This document shows positions 1 to 12,469 of a DNA stretch of 64,000 bases, piece by piece. Made by a program: the position numbers and the translations under genes. The notes under the pieces are model-generated. The model worked only from the letters and a program-made list of their open reading frames with translations, made no database searches and was not told the DNA's origin. The stretch comes from Mobula hypostoma (lineage: Eukaryota): the NCBI RefSeq assembly GCF_963921235.1, contig NC_086097.1, positions 183,894,001 through 183,958,000 on the forward strand. Direction: 5' to 3'. How positions within the stretch are numbered: the first letter of the stretch is position 1; each line of letters opens with the position of its first letter.

Positions 1-582
1 GGAAGAAATGCTTTACAGAGCCAAATGTTCACAAGACAGTCCACCCCCAATCAGCTGTGCTCCAGCCACAGAACTGTGGCAGGACAGTTCATCTTCCTGT
101 CATCTGCCACATGCCCCAGTGTACACCCACCAACAGCTACAGTGACTTCCAGGGGCTTTCCACTCAAGGAAGGTGGAATTCATCTCCTTCTCTTCCTGTA
201 ATGAGCTCTTCGGGCCTGTGCGGAGCACCAGAGTGCGTTTGGCTCCAAGGTTTTTTGAGCTCCTGAATTGGTTACTTGTTGTTTAATGAGAGCCGCTATA
301 TTCAAGTGACTTGCTCTTTGGAATGCGGTATTCTGGTACTTTCTGTTTAAGCTTGTTACGTTTATTTTGATAGGCTCAGGGATGCTGTGTTATTTAAGTA
401 GATGCCCGATTAGCACTAATTGTGGGGTCCTAGTATTGCAATTGTTTCTTTTTGTGGGGTCACTCGGGTGAGCCACCGACACTCTGTCGGGATTTTTATG
501 AAGAAACCCTTGTCGTCGTCTCTGTATCAGAGTCTGTCTTTCCGCACTTGGGTTCCAATATTGCCAGTGTATCACCATGACA
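1..582 (+). mobile_element. Possible 3' end (integrase tail plus LTR) of a degraded Gypsy element, truncated by the window start
   Basis: One frame near 212-270 reads GPVRSTRVRLAPRFFELL, resembling the RRSTRVR..P..L tail of Gypsy integrases. The segment ends ...CGCACTTGGGTTCC...CATGACA, like fish Gypsy LTR ends. No clear PPT or TSD. Confidence 0.3.
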
Positions 583-936
583 CTATTTCTAAGAGAGCAA
601 CAAATAGGTGGATCAAAATTGACTTCCACTCCTTTAACGTTCAAAATGTCTGCAAACAATTGAAGAAAATAATGTTGATAAATGCCAAGCACCCGTATGT
701 GCTTAACATGATTTGCTGCAGGTTATTCATGGTTTCCATCAAATTTCAGCTAGCACATTAGGCCAGTTTCTGACTCCTTAGCAGTAAATACTGAACCACT
801 GAATCCCCAGCTTCTCACATGTTGCATTTCCCCTAATCTATGCAATTATGTGAATCCAGGCCACACTTACAATGACACAACAGAAAGAGACTGAGAGAGG
901 AGAGGAGGAGAAGGGGAAGGAGAAGAACAGTCAGGA

Positions 937-1065
937 CTACGAAGGGTCTCGGCCTAAAACGTCAACTGTACCTCTTCCTAGAGATGCTGCCTGGCCTGCT
1001 GCGTTCACCAGCAACTTTGATGTGTGTTGCTTGAATTTCCAGCATCTGCAGAAGTCCTGTTGTTT
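937..1065 (+). mobile_element. Penelope-like terminal-repeat module with a truncated hammerhead motif
   Basis: ACGAAGGGTCTCGGCCTAAAACGTCAACTG followed by GATGCTGCCTGGCCTGCTG...CAGCATCTGCAGA; the same module ends the PLE at 37490-38481. Confidence 0.8.
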
Positions 1066-3001
1066 GAGGACCCAAGGACAAGATTGCTGTTTTGGCAGGA
1101 AATGAGGAATTGCTGCATTTTGTGTTTCATAGAGATGTAAGGGGGTTTCGTCTTTCACTGTTTAGGCTAATTAAAATAGCTTCTATGTTATGTTATACTG
1201 GGGAATGCTTCTTTGTTATGTTAAATGCTGAGAAAGTCTCTAGCTGGACATTTGCCTGGGTTAATACAGACAGCAGGGTGCTATTAACCAATTGGGATAG
1301 TTGTTATGATTTTGGTGCATCTGGAAGATTTGTATGTGCGGGGTTTTGGGGCAGAAGGTGGGAGAGAGAGACAGAGAATGGACCAGGTGCTGTGAGTCTG
1401 CTAACGGGGTCAGACCCCGAGAAGGGCGTTCAGCGAGGAGGGGAGATGGAGACGGACTTGTGTGGAGCCTCAGGTCGACCACCGTTGTTGGTCCCAGGCA
1501 GCTGGTCGAGGCGGTCCGAGGGGTCGCAGGGTGAAGAAGAAGGGTTCCGAGCTCCAACTGTGCACGAAGAGATTGAACTTTGATAAGTGTGGCGCCTTTT
1601 ATTTCCCTTTTATATTTTATTCTCTATTATATAGTTCCAATAATATCTATCAACTGTAAATCATTTAATTGCATCTGGTGTATTGTCTGTTATTTGGGTG
1701 GGGCAGGGTATATCACACAGCATCCACACAAACTAATTACCCAGTTTGCTGGGGCCGAGGGCTATTTCCCTAGACGACAGCGAGCCGAGCAACCCTGAGG
1801 GTGGCCAGGGGGGCTACAGAGACATGGCTCACTCTGGACACCCTGCATACATCAATAAGACCTGAATGCTTCTTGACACACCAGATGGACTGAACTGCTG
1901 ATTTGGAGAAGGCAAAAGTTGGGCAGTCTGTGTTTCATGATGATCTCTTTGTGGTGCACAGGAGCAGCAGTCTTGACACACTCTTGTCCACCCAACCTGG
2001 AACGTCTGCTAATTAAGTGGCGACTATTTTACTTACCAAAAGAGTTCTGCTCTGTGACCCTGACCACAGTTTCATATCACCAAAAGCAGATGTTGGAGAA
2101 GTACTCGATGTATTGAATACCATGATTAGCAAACAACCAACAGCCTACCCTGGCATCTTTCAAATGATTGTCGGGGACTTCCATTAGGTTTTTTTGAAGA
2201 AAACTCTTCCTAATTATCATCAACATATCACCTGCAGCACCAGAGGCCACAACACACTTGACTACTATTACACAATGACAAGGAAAGACTAACATTCCAT
2301 GCTTTGATCACATTTTGAAAAATCTGATTACCTAGCTGTTGTCCTCCTACCTGCATACAGGCAGAGGCTAAGAACAAAGCTCCAGAGATAAGGACAACAA
2401 AGAGGTGGTCACAGGAGGCTGAGGAGTGGCTATGGGATTGCTTTGAATTAGTAGACTGGGCCATGTTCAAGGACTCATCAAAGGATCTGAACGAATACAC
2501 CACAGTTGTCACAAACTTTGTAAAAACAGTCGTAGATGAGTGTGTCCCCACAAGCCCTGAATGAAATATGAGATCCACAATCAGTTGAGGGCTAGATTAG
2601 TGGCATTCAGGTCTGGTGACCAAGTAAGATACAAGAGGTCCAGGTGTGACATTCGGAAAGCCATCTTATGTGTGAAGTGGCAATTGCAGATCAAACGTGA
2701 ATCCGTGAGGGAGGCTTGGCAGCTGAGGAAGGGCTTGAATGCTGTCTCCTTCTAGAAAATGAAACCAAGTGACACAGGTGACAGCAAGGCTTTATTCCCA
2801 GATAAGCTCAACGCTCTTTATGCTCGCTTTGACAATCAAAGCATGAAGGACCCTTCACAATCTCCCGCAGCCTCCAATGACCCTGTGATTTCAGACTCTG
2901 GGGCTGACGGGAGAGTATCCTTTAGGAGGGTGAACCCACAAAAAGCATTCCGTCCAGACGGGGTATCTTGCCGAGTACTAAGGACCTGTGCAGATCAATT
3001 G
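1066..3001 (+). mobile_element. Degraded Rex1/Babar LINE (APE endonuclease to pre-RT region), split by the solo LTR at 1136-1818
   Basis: Joining across the LTR restores MRNCCILCFIETWL. Downstream SCPPNLERLLIKWRLFYLPKEF and RRVNPQKAFRPDGV..RVLRTCADQL are Rex1/Babar-type motifs; many stops and frameshifts. Confidence 0.8.
1136..1818. mobile_element. Solo LTR (family A)
   Basis: TGTAAG...GGCTACA termini; perfect 4-bp TSD GAGA (1132-1135/1819-1822); full-length homology to 11760-12457. Confidence 0.92.
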
Positions 3002-3254
3002 ATACATCTGACACAGTCATTCTATTTTCCTGTAGCATTTAGAATGTGCGAGGCCTGTTTGAATGTGCACCACAATTACTATGACCACCCCCCCCCCCAC
3101 ATCTTCCATCAGTTTTTAAAGCTGTAAGTAGAAAATAACTATCTTAATTTATGTCCCATCATTTCAAGTGGAAGGGCATTGCACTGATGATCTATTCCAC
3201 CAGGTTATTAGCCAAAAGATGGTATTAAAATATTGTTCCAAAAGCTACAGAATG

Positions 3255-3380
3255 CTGAAAAAAAGTCTGGAGAAAGAATTCCATGGACATAGACAGGGGG
3301 CTGTGGTCCAGGTGCAGAATAATAATTTGGCAGTGACTAGATGGGCTGAAGGGCTTGTTTCTGTGCTGTACTGCTCTATA
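3255..3380 (+). mobile_element. CR1 LINE 3' tail fragment
   Basis: GATGGGCTGAAGGGCTTGTTTCTGTGCTGTACTGCTCTATA, the 3' stem and tail shared with the CR1 copies elsewhere in the window. Confidence 0.65.
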
Positions 3381-3914
3381 ACACTATCCTGCAGCTAAGG
3401 GACCAACAAGCTTCAGCTGTCAGGCAGTACCCAGCATGAACTACCTGATAAATCTGAAATCCACGATTTTCACAGAAGCCTCAGTGTAACATTGAAGCAG
3501 GCTTCAGGCTAACTTTCACACAGTCACTTTCCTGACCAGCCTGAACCATGACTTGACCTTCCTTGTATTTTGTGGGCAATTGAATTGAGGCCTGTCTACA
3601 GAGGACAGGTGACCAGCTTTGCAAGGTTTCTATTCAGGTGTGTGTTTGAAAATAATCCATGAAGACAGCTGTAAATTTTGTAACTTCTGCCTTTTCTGGA
3701 TGGGTGGGCAGGCTCTCAGTTCTAATAGAGATACGCATCAATGCTTCTCCCTGAGCAGAGAAGCACAGTTTCACATTCTTCATTCCTTATGTTTAATCTG
3801 GTAGCTTTTTCCCTTAGAGAACAGTACCTCTTCGAGAAGAAGTGAGGCAAATCAATATCAGATGCATTCATGAAATGGATGCCTACATATTAAAAGTTGC
3901 AGTATCAACAAATA

Positions 3915-4160
3915 TTTATTTTATTTAGAGATACAGCACGGAACGGGCCCTTCTGGCCCTTCGTGTTGCATCCCTCAGCAATTCACCGATTTAACCTTAA
4001 CCTAATCACGGGACAATTTAAAATCACCAATTAACCAACTACCTGGTACATCTTTGGACTGTGGGAGGAAACCATTGCACAGAGCGTGCCAGAATCAAAC
4101 TCCAAACTTTGATGCTCTGAGCTGTAATAGTGTCATGCTACTGTGGTACCCCATATTGCT
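3915..4160 (-). mobile_element. HE1/V-SINE-like element
   Basis: TACATCTTTGGACTGTGGGAGGAAACC is the reverse complement of the V-domain core GGTTTCCTCCCACAGTCCAAAGATGTA; CR1-like 3' tail near 3925-3965. Confidence 0.75.
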
Positions 4161-4359
4161 TGGAATTGAACTGGTATGTATAAATTAAAATACAGAGCAA
4201 GACCCCCTTGAATGCAACATTGCAACATATATATACACACACACACATACACATATACACATGTAATTGCAGGATAATAAATGTCAGGCCAAAGACTGGA
4301 CAGAAAATAATAATACAAAAAAAACAAGAATGACTAAAAAGATTAATAAATTAAAGTAT

Positions 4360-5260
4360 GAGATGAAGCAAACTAAATGTAAAAACAGATAACCAGAGAT
4401 TCAAAAAGAAAGGAGATAATGACATGATAAGTGTTGGCCCTATAGAAAGTGAGCCCAGGGAATTAAGAAAGAAAGACAAGGAGATAACAAACGAATCTAG
4501 CAGACATTTTGTATTTATTTCTTGGAGAATATGAGTAACATCGCAGAAACAGTCATAAATTGGAATTGGAAGGCGGGGAATTTTTAAAAACTGCAATCAC
4601 CAGGATCAACTGTTGGAGTTGTGGGTTGACAAGTCTTTGGGTCCTGATGGACTTCATCCTAGAATGTTACTAAAAGTGGCTAGTGAGGCAGATGACGCAT
4701 TGGTTTTAGTTTTTCAGAACTCCACAGATCTAAGGGCGAATACATTAGATTGGAAAATAACAGATGTAACTTCTTTGTCCGAAAAGGGATGAGCCAGAAA
4801 GCAATCAACTGCAGTTGACTTGTTACATGTCCCAGGAAAATTGTTCAAAGCTAATACAAAGAAAGTCATAGCAGGTCACAAAATTCAAAGTGGTGCTGCA
4901 ATGCCAACAAGGTTTGATGAAAGGGAAGTCGCTTTTGACCATTTGAAGTTCTTGAAGAAATAACATGCTCTGGACAAAGTTGAATCAGCTTATGAACCAA
5001 TTCCAGAGACATGATATGAATCGACATCCAAAGTAATTGTGAAAAATAGAGCTCATTGTATAGGTGGTAACTTAATGGCATGCAATTTATTGGCTAACTA
5101 AAAACAGAGAGTAGGCATAAATGTTCTTTTTCAGGATGGCAATTTGTCAGAACCGTTGTGCCACAAAGAACTTTGCTGAGGCCATGATTATTTGCAATTG
5201 CAAGCAGCTTGGATGAGCATGGGAGATGTAATTACTTAATATGCTTATTACACAATGCAA
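4360..5260 (+). mobile_element. Old, heavily degraded CR1 ORF2 fragment
   Basis: VDKSLGPDGLHPRML.KVASE and DWKITDVTSLSEKG-like motifs, homologous to the young CR1s in the window. Confidence 0.65.
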
Positions 5261-5294
5261 ATTTAAAAAGAACAATTTCATGTGCTTGAAGTCT

Positions 5295-5390
5295 GAAAGA
5301 CAAACAGAAAATGCTGGATAGACTCAACAGGTTAGGCAGCATCTGCAGAACAAGAAACAATGTTCAGGTCTGAGATTATTCATTAGTACT
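5295..5390 (-). mobile_element. Degenerate Penelope-like terminal module
   Basis: AAATGCTGGATAGACTCAACAGGTTAGGCAGCATCTG is the reverse complement of the GATGCTGCCTGACCTGCTGAG...CCAGCATTT module. Confidence 0.6.
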
Positions 5391-6179
5391 TTCCCTGACG
5401 TGAAAGGTTCACTTAATCTTGATAATGAACAATTCACAAAAAACAAGTGGTGAAGGGCAGCAAGTAACTGGAATATTAACAGAATGCTGTAAATAACACT
5501 GATGCTACAAGTGGAAAATGTAGGCTTGTCACTCAGCCAGAAGTTGTTCATGAGATTATTTAAAATTTTTACTTTTAATGAAATCTTGAAGTTTTAAGAT
5601 TGGAATTTCATGTATGAATGTTTAACATATTTGGTTAGGAGGGTATTTGTCTTTAAACTCTGAAGTAAAGATTGTCATACATTGTCAACCTCGAGGTTAC
5701 AAGGACGTGATGAATGTGCAATTGTTTCAGCTGAAGAGCAAAAGCACTATTTGCTCAGATGGCTGATGAAACAGTTTGAAGATTCTGGCTGGAGATAAGA
5801 TGGGCACTGACAAATTAATAATAATAATGAACAGGATTTGGGTGAATATGATATATCAAGTTATAGAGTCTTCATATTTATAAATTCATAGTATATGATG
5901 TCATCAATTCTCTTCAAAATTTTGAGCTAGGTTTGATCTGGTATTTAATCAATGGTGATGTTAATCTAATTTCAACTTTTTCACCTTGGTAACGTTAAGA
6001 ATTTGGTAAGTTGTTCAGTGAAACTACTGATATTCTTTTCAAACAAAAAATAATTTCTGGTGGCCAGTAGACTGAAGAATTCAGAAGTATTTACTCTGCA
6101 TAGATGAAGCATGAAATAGGCTACCATGGAACAAATGAAAAAAGTACTTATTCATAAAGAACAATGGTAGTACCTCGAA

Positions 6180-7325
6180 TGAATCAGAATCAGAATCTGG
6201 TTTATTATCACCAGCATGTGTTGTGAAATTTGTTAACATAGCAGCAGCAGTTCAATGCAATACATAGTATAGAAGAAGAAAAAAATAATAAATAAGTAAA
6301 TCAATTGCAGTATACGTATATTAAATAGATTAAAAATCGTGCAAAAATCAGAAATAATATATATTTAAAAAGTGAGGTAGTGTTCAATGTCCATTTAGGA
6401 ATTGGATGGCAGAGGGGAAGAAGCTTTTCCTGAATCACTGAGTGTGTGCCTTCAGGTTTCTGTACCTCCCACCCGATAGTAACAATGAGAAAAAGGCATG
6501 CGCCGGGTGCTGGAGGTCCTTAATAATGGACGCTGCCTTTCTGAGACTGCCTTAAAGATGTCCTGGGTACTTTGTAGGCTAGTACCCAAGATGGAGCTGA
6601 CTAGATTTACAACCCTCTGCAGCTTCTTTCGGTCCTGTGCAGTAGCCCGCCTCCCATAACAAACAGTGATACAGCCTGTTAGAATGCTCTCCATGGTACA
6701 TATACAAAAGTTTTTGAGTGTATTTGCTGACATACCAAATCTTTTCAAATTCCTAATGAGGTGTTGCCACTGCCTTGCCTTCTTTATAACTGTATGAATA
6801 TGTTGGGACCAGATTAGGTCCTCAGAGATCTTGACACCTAGGAACTTCAAACTGCTCACTCTCTCCACTTCTGATCCCCCTAATGAGGATTGGTATGTGC
6901 TCCTTTGTCTTACTCTTCCTGAAGTCCACAATCAGCTCCTTTGTTTTACTGATGTTGAGTGCCAGGTTGTTGCTGCGACACCACTCTACTAGTTGGCATA
7001 TCTCACCCCGTACGCCTTCTTGTCACCAAGTGAGATTCTACCAACAATGGTGGTATTATCAGCAAATTTATAGATGGTATTTGAGCTATGCCTAGATACA
7101 CAGTCATAGGTATAGAGAGAGTAGAGCAGAGTTGAGGTGTACCAATGTTGATCGTCAGCAAGGAGGAGACGTTATCACCAATCCACACAGATTGTTGTCT
7201 TCCGTTTAGGAAGTGAAGGATCCAATTGTAGAGGGAGGTACAGAGGCCCAAGTTCTGTAACTTCTCAATCAGGATTGTGGCAATGCTGTAATTAAATGCT
7301 GAGCTATAGTCGATGAACAGTATAC
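6180..7325 (-). mobile_element. Rex1/Babar LINE, 5'-truncated (RT C-terminus, 3' UTR, (ATTCTG)n tail)
   Basis: ORFs 7003-7251 and 6452-6931 (EVERVSSLKFLGVKISEDLIWSQHI...ESILTGCITVCYG); GAATCAGAATCAGAATC tail at 6181. Confidence 0.88.
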
Positions 7326-7479
7326 TATAGTGAATCTACTGAATAATATATCAAGACGACACCAGCGATCAACATGACTATCAGTGACATCCTGCAGATT
7401 GTTCTCCTTCTTTTCAATATGCTCCTATGACTAATCTGTGTGAGATTTGAGTCTGTAATTTATATTTATATTTTAATAA

Positions 7480-8182
7480 TGTGCCTTTGAGCTGTCAGAG
7501 TGATCTGGCGCTTTTGCTGTCTTTGAGGGCATTCAGTATGGTTGAGAGTGAAGTTGAGAAGAGAGTATGTGGCCTAATGGTGGAGCATGAACCCATGATC
7601 ATCTCTACACTCGCCAATTTCGCCAATTAAAGTGTTGTGCATGATTGAAACCAACAAGGACAAGAGCAGAAAGTGAGTCAGTGCTCAGCACCATCAGCCT
7701 ACATTTGACCGGTCTCCCTCTTTCTCGCTGCTACTAGAGGAAGATGCAGGAGTCTTGGGCCTTGGGCAAGGCTTAATCAGCACAGTTTGTGGATTGGACT
7801 TGTTTTTAGAGGTCTCTGCAGTTCATGTTATATGCCTTTCTGATTTCTGGTTACACCTTTTTTATTGCTATTTTGCATGATTTTGATCAGGGCATTTTGA
7901 CGCGGTTGGCTCTGCAGTCTGAAGTCAATGAACAACACAGCGCTAAATTGAACTGAACTGAACATTCCCAGATTGCTTCAAGGACTCTGTGGTTTGATAT
8001 TTAATATTCTCTGTGTTATTCACTCATTTTTTTGCCATTAGCATGATTTGTTCTTTATTTTTGCATGTTGGCTGTTTGATGTCTTCCTTGAATGGGTTTC
8101 ATGGTGTTTCCTTGTTTTGTGGCTGCCTGCAGACAGACGAATCTCAGGGTTGTATACTTGGATGATAAATGCACTTTGAATA
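7480..8182 (+). mobile_element. Unclassified non-autonomous retroelement ending in a Rex1/Babar-type 3' tail
   Basis: Ends GAATCTCAGGGTTGTATA...GATAAATGCACTTTGAA, matching the Rex 3' end at 40800-40860; no coding motif seen; 5' boundary uncertain. Confidence 0.45.
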
Positions 8183-8349
8183 TTTACTGTTCTATTAAAA
8201 TTTGTAAGTTTTAGAAGTGGTTCAATCCATATGTATCAATGTTATAAAACTTTTGATAATTGGCAATCAATACATCTTTGATAAGCATGATGATGGAATC
8301 CCTTAGAGAACTTTGCTAGCATAAGTGTGATAATTTTGAGTTATAAGTA

Positions 8350-9452
8350 TAGCAATGGCCTATTTTCCATTTCCCATCCTGGTTATCTTCTCACCCTTTC
8401 TCTTCTCCTTACCTGCCCATCACCTTCCTCTGGTCCCCCTCCTCCTTTCCTTTATTCCATGGTCTGCTGTCCTCTCCTATTAGATTTCTACTTCTTCAGC
8501 CCTTTACCTCCTCCACCTATCACCACCCAGCTTCTTACTTCAACTTCCTCTCCCCTAACTAACCAGCTTCCCTTTCAGCTAGTCTCACCTATCAACTACC
8601 AGCTTGTACTTCTAAAGGTACAATTTAATGTCAGAGAAATGTATACAATATACATCCTGAACTGCTTTTTCTCCAGAAAACATATAGCAGAACTTGGCTA
8701 TTTGGCCCATTGAGACTGCTCTGCTATTTAATCCTGGGTGATTTATTTTCCTTCTCAACCCCATTTTCCCTCCTTCTTCCTGTAACCTTTGACACCCTTC
8801 CTAATCAAGAATGTATCAACCTCACTTTAAATATACCCAATGACTTGGCCTGTACAGCTTTCTGTGGCAATGAATGCCGCAGATTCACCGGTCTCTGGCT
8901 AAAGAAACTCCTCCTCATCTCTGTTTTAAAGAGATGTTCTTGTATTCTGAGGCTGTACCCTCTGGTCCTAGACTCCCTCACTATAGGAAACATCGACTAC
9001 TTGTGAACTTTGTCTAAGCCTTTCAATATTTGATAGGTTTCAATGATATCTCCTCTCATTATTCTAAACTCAAGTGAGTACAGGCCCAGAGCCATCAAAC
9101 GTTCCTCATACATTAATGCTTTAATTCCTGGGGTCATTCTAGTGAACCTCCTATGGACCATCTCCAATGCCAGCACATCCTTTCTCAGATAACGGCTGAA
9201 AACTGTTCACAATACTCCATGTGTGGTCTGGCCATGTGAGGTTTATAAAGCCCCAACATTACCTCCTCACTCTACCCCCTCTTCCGACCCTCTTTTGGCT
9301 TCAGCCTCCTTCTTTTCCAGTCTTGATGAAGAGCCTCAGCCCAAAACCTTGACTGTTTACTTCTCTCCCAAGATGCTGTCTGACTTGCTGAGTTCTTCCA
9401 TTATTTTCTGTGTGCTGCCCTAGATGTGCAGCATCTGAAGAATCTCCTGTGT
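8350..9452 (+). mobile_element. Penelope-like 3' region (pyrimidine-rich tract plus degenerate hammerhead at ~9317-9355), interrupted by insertions at ~8612-9240
   Basis: Homologous to 29850-30240 and 21000-21385; CAGTCTTGATGAAGAGCCTCAGCCCAAAACCTTGACTG. Confidence 0.75.
8680..9240 (-). mobile_element. CR1 LINE 3' fragment
   Basis: ORF 8805-8993 MFPIVRESRTRGYSLRI...FFSQRPVNL.HSLPQKAV is a CR1 ORF2 C-terminus. Confidence 0.85.
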
Positions 9453-10720
9453 TAATAATTGATTCCTCACGTAGTTTGTTACTAATTGATGATGTACTCA
9501 TACCTTGAAGCCTTGCTCTGTCACAACCATTTCAGTGTACTAATCCTCGGGCCTCTTGCAACTGACACGCATAATAGAAACGTTTCTTCAGAAAGTAGTG
9601 ACACACTGAAACTTGGCAACAGTGATCCATGCCCTGCTCCTCACTTCTGAGACAAAGATAGTATCTAGTCCACGTGCCCAAGATACACGTGGACTAAGAC
9701 TAACATCTTAGTCCACGCGTATTTTTAACTTAGCAGGTATCTCAAAGCATCGCAAAAATACCACCAATCCTTTTGAGGGGAAATTCTACAAATTTATTGG
9801 CAGGTAAGCCAATAAACAGTCTCTAAAGCTCAAATCACACTTGTCTTAATGGCCTATGTACCCAATATTGATACTTTAATTACACTCTGTGATGGGTGGG
9901 TCATTCTAATTGCATATTAACACTTGACTCTTGAAGTAGACTAGCTGCTTTGTGTCTGACAGGACCAAAGTTTTTAAGACATCATAGACAATACTTCAAA
10001 GATATTTTCAAATACTCCTTGAAAGAATGTAATATCCTCATCAACTCATGGAAATTGCTGGCCATGATTTCTCCAAATTGAGAAAAAAAAAATTTGAACA
10101 TCTGGATAGGCACTGAGCGCCTCTAGTCCCTTCTGGATAAAGCTAACTAAAAATGGTAGAAGGTGGATGAAAGGTTCCAAAATCATCACTATAAATTCTC
10201 TCAGAGTCAAGCACCTCCTGCCACACCTGTGGCCAATTCTGTATGTAGCATAAGGGTCTTATCAGCCATAGAATAAGTCGTCCTCCACCCCAAGGGATTG
10301 TCAAAGAAGGAAAGTGACTGACTATAGCTCATGCAATTTCAAAATAACTAAATGAGATTTCGAGAATGATTGCTTAATGTTACTGAAGTCTTCACTAGTT
10401 TAAATGTTCTAAAAAAAGTCATGGCTTCAAAACAAACATTTATAGTTTTATGATTGCTCTGTTACTGGACTTGTGTCTGAAGACCTGGATTACTGATTTT
10501 ATGAACTGATTCAAATACCACCTCATCAGCTGAAGAATTTAAATTCAAGTAGTCAAATCTGGAAGTTAAAAGATAGTATAGCAATGACAGAAACACGACA
10601 TCAATGAAGATATCATATAAAAAGGGCAACTCGTATGTATTACACTTAGAATTTTAATGCATATCTGATGAGTAGCCCCATTATTGAAGGTTAATTCAGA
10701 AAATAACATTACATAGCACA

Positions 10721-11365
10721 TGTAGGGCTCTCAGTATACTAGGTGGACTGTTAACTGTTGATCACTTAATACCAAAATGGCTTCTCTGAAGTGTTATATT
10801 AAAATGGCTTCTCGTAACGTTAACTGCTGAGCAAGGGGTTTTCTGTAACTGCAATGTTTGGGTTATACAGGGAGATAATGGAAATTGTATTCATTTGTTA
10901 GCCAATGGAAGTCATGTTCTGTTACCTTGTATATGTGTGCTTTGAGTTGAGGAGCACGGGCTTTTCGGGAGGCGAGCGGAGAGGACGGACGTGTGTGGAA
11001 CAGACAGCGGTTCCAGGGCAGCGGACAACGGACCTCGGGAGATCGGAGGGTAGCCAGAGTCTCGGAAGGACGTGGGGAGGGAACCGGAGGCGTGAGCTCC
11101 AACATATTAAAATCCTATGTGCACAAGACTGATAAGTTACTTATGTGGAGCCTTTTTTTTGTAGTTATTTCTACTAACCCATCACCAAAAATTTGCTATA
11201 AAGTATAATTCTTTACTCACACTTGGTATATTGTTTCATATTTGTGTTGTGGCTGATCATTGGGCGACTCACACCTTATCCGCACCAAAGCAATTGCACT
11301 GTTTGGCAGGGTCGACGGCTATTTACCCTAGGCAACAGTGGGTCAGTGGGGCAAAGACCGTTACA
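10721..11365. mobile_element. Solo LTR, diverged relative of family A
   Basis: TGTAGGG...CGTTACA; TSD CACA/TACA (1 mismatch); shares AAAATGGCTTC, AGCCAAT and GAGCTCCAAC blocks with the other solo LTRs. Confidence 0.75.
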
Positions 11366-11759
11366 TACAGAAGATAATATGTATTTTGGCATGCTTGGCA
11401 GCCCGGCTAGTTAAGAAGCAAAGTGGGCATAAATGTGTTCTTATCTGATTTACAGTGCATGCTGAATAGTGAGCCACAGGGATGGGTGCTGGGGTCTCAA
11501 CTTTTTAAATTTTATGTAAATGATTTTGATAAAGGGAATTGGTTTATTATTGTCATAGATACCAGGATATAGTGAAAAGCTTTGTTTTGCATACCACCCA
11601 GACGGATCATTCCAAGGTAGAATGTCAAGGTGGTAAAAGAAAAAATAAACAACAGAAAGCAGAATATAATGTTACAGTTAGAGATGGAGAAGGAAGGTGC
11701 AAAGGCCATGACAAGGTTAACTGCAAAATCAAGGATTCATCTTTATTGTACCAAGTATG

Positions 11760-12457
11760 TGTAAGGGGGTTTCGTCTGTTATGTTACTGCGTAGACTCAT
11801 TAAAATGGCTTCTTTGTTATGTTATACTTGGGAATGCTTCTTTGTTATGTTAAACATTGAGGAAGTTTTTGCACTAGCAGCTTGTTTTGGTTTAGAGTGT
11901 GATGAAAATATGTTACGAACGAATTGGGATAGTTGTTATGTTTTTGGTGTATTTGAAGATACTGTATGCGCGGGGTTTTGGGGAGAGAAGGTGGGAGAGA
12001 GAGAGACAGAGGATGGACCAGGTGCTGTGATGTCCACTAACGGGGTCGGACCCCGAGGAGAGCGTTCGGCGAGGAATCGGAGATGGACTCGTGTGGAGCG
12101 TCTGGTCGACCACCGTTGTGGACCCAGGCGGCCGGTCGAGGTGGTCCGAGGGGTCACAGGGTGAAGAAGAAGGGTCCTGAGCTCCAACTGTTTGTACACG
12201 AAGAGGTTGAACTTTGATAAGTGTGGCGCCTTTTATTTTCTTTTTATATTTTATTCTCTCTTAATTATATAGTTCCAGTAATATCTATAAACTGTAAATC
12301 ATTTAATCGTATCTGGTCTATTGTCTGTTATTTGGGCGGGGTTGGGGTACATCACACAGCATCCACACAAACTACTTACCCATTTTACGGGGCCGAAGGC
12401 TGTTTCCCTAGACGACCACGAGCCGAGCGACCCTGAAGTTGGCCGGTGGGGGCTACA
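11760..12457. mobile_element. Solo LTR (family A)
   Basis: TGTAAGGGGG...GGCTACA; perfect TSD TATG (11756-11759/12458-12461); homologous to 1136-1818. Confidence 0.92.
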
Positions 12458-12469
12458 TATGCTTTACCT

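Noticed and set aside
3..266. Open frame KKCFTEP...GFLSS as a terminal host exon
   Set aside because: No recognisable protein similarity; an alternative frame looks more like a Gypsy integrase tail.
1092..1583. 163-aa ORF (and similar ORF 11757-12164) as a gene
   Set aside because: Lies within solo LTRs, frames are not conserved between copies, and no domain is recognisable.
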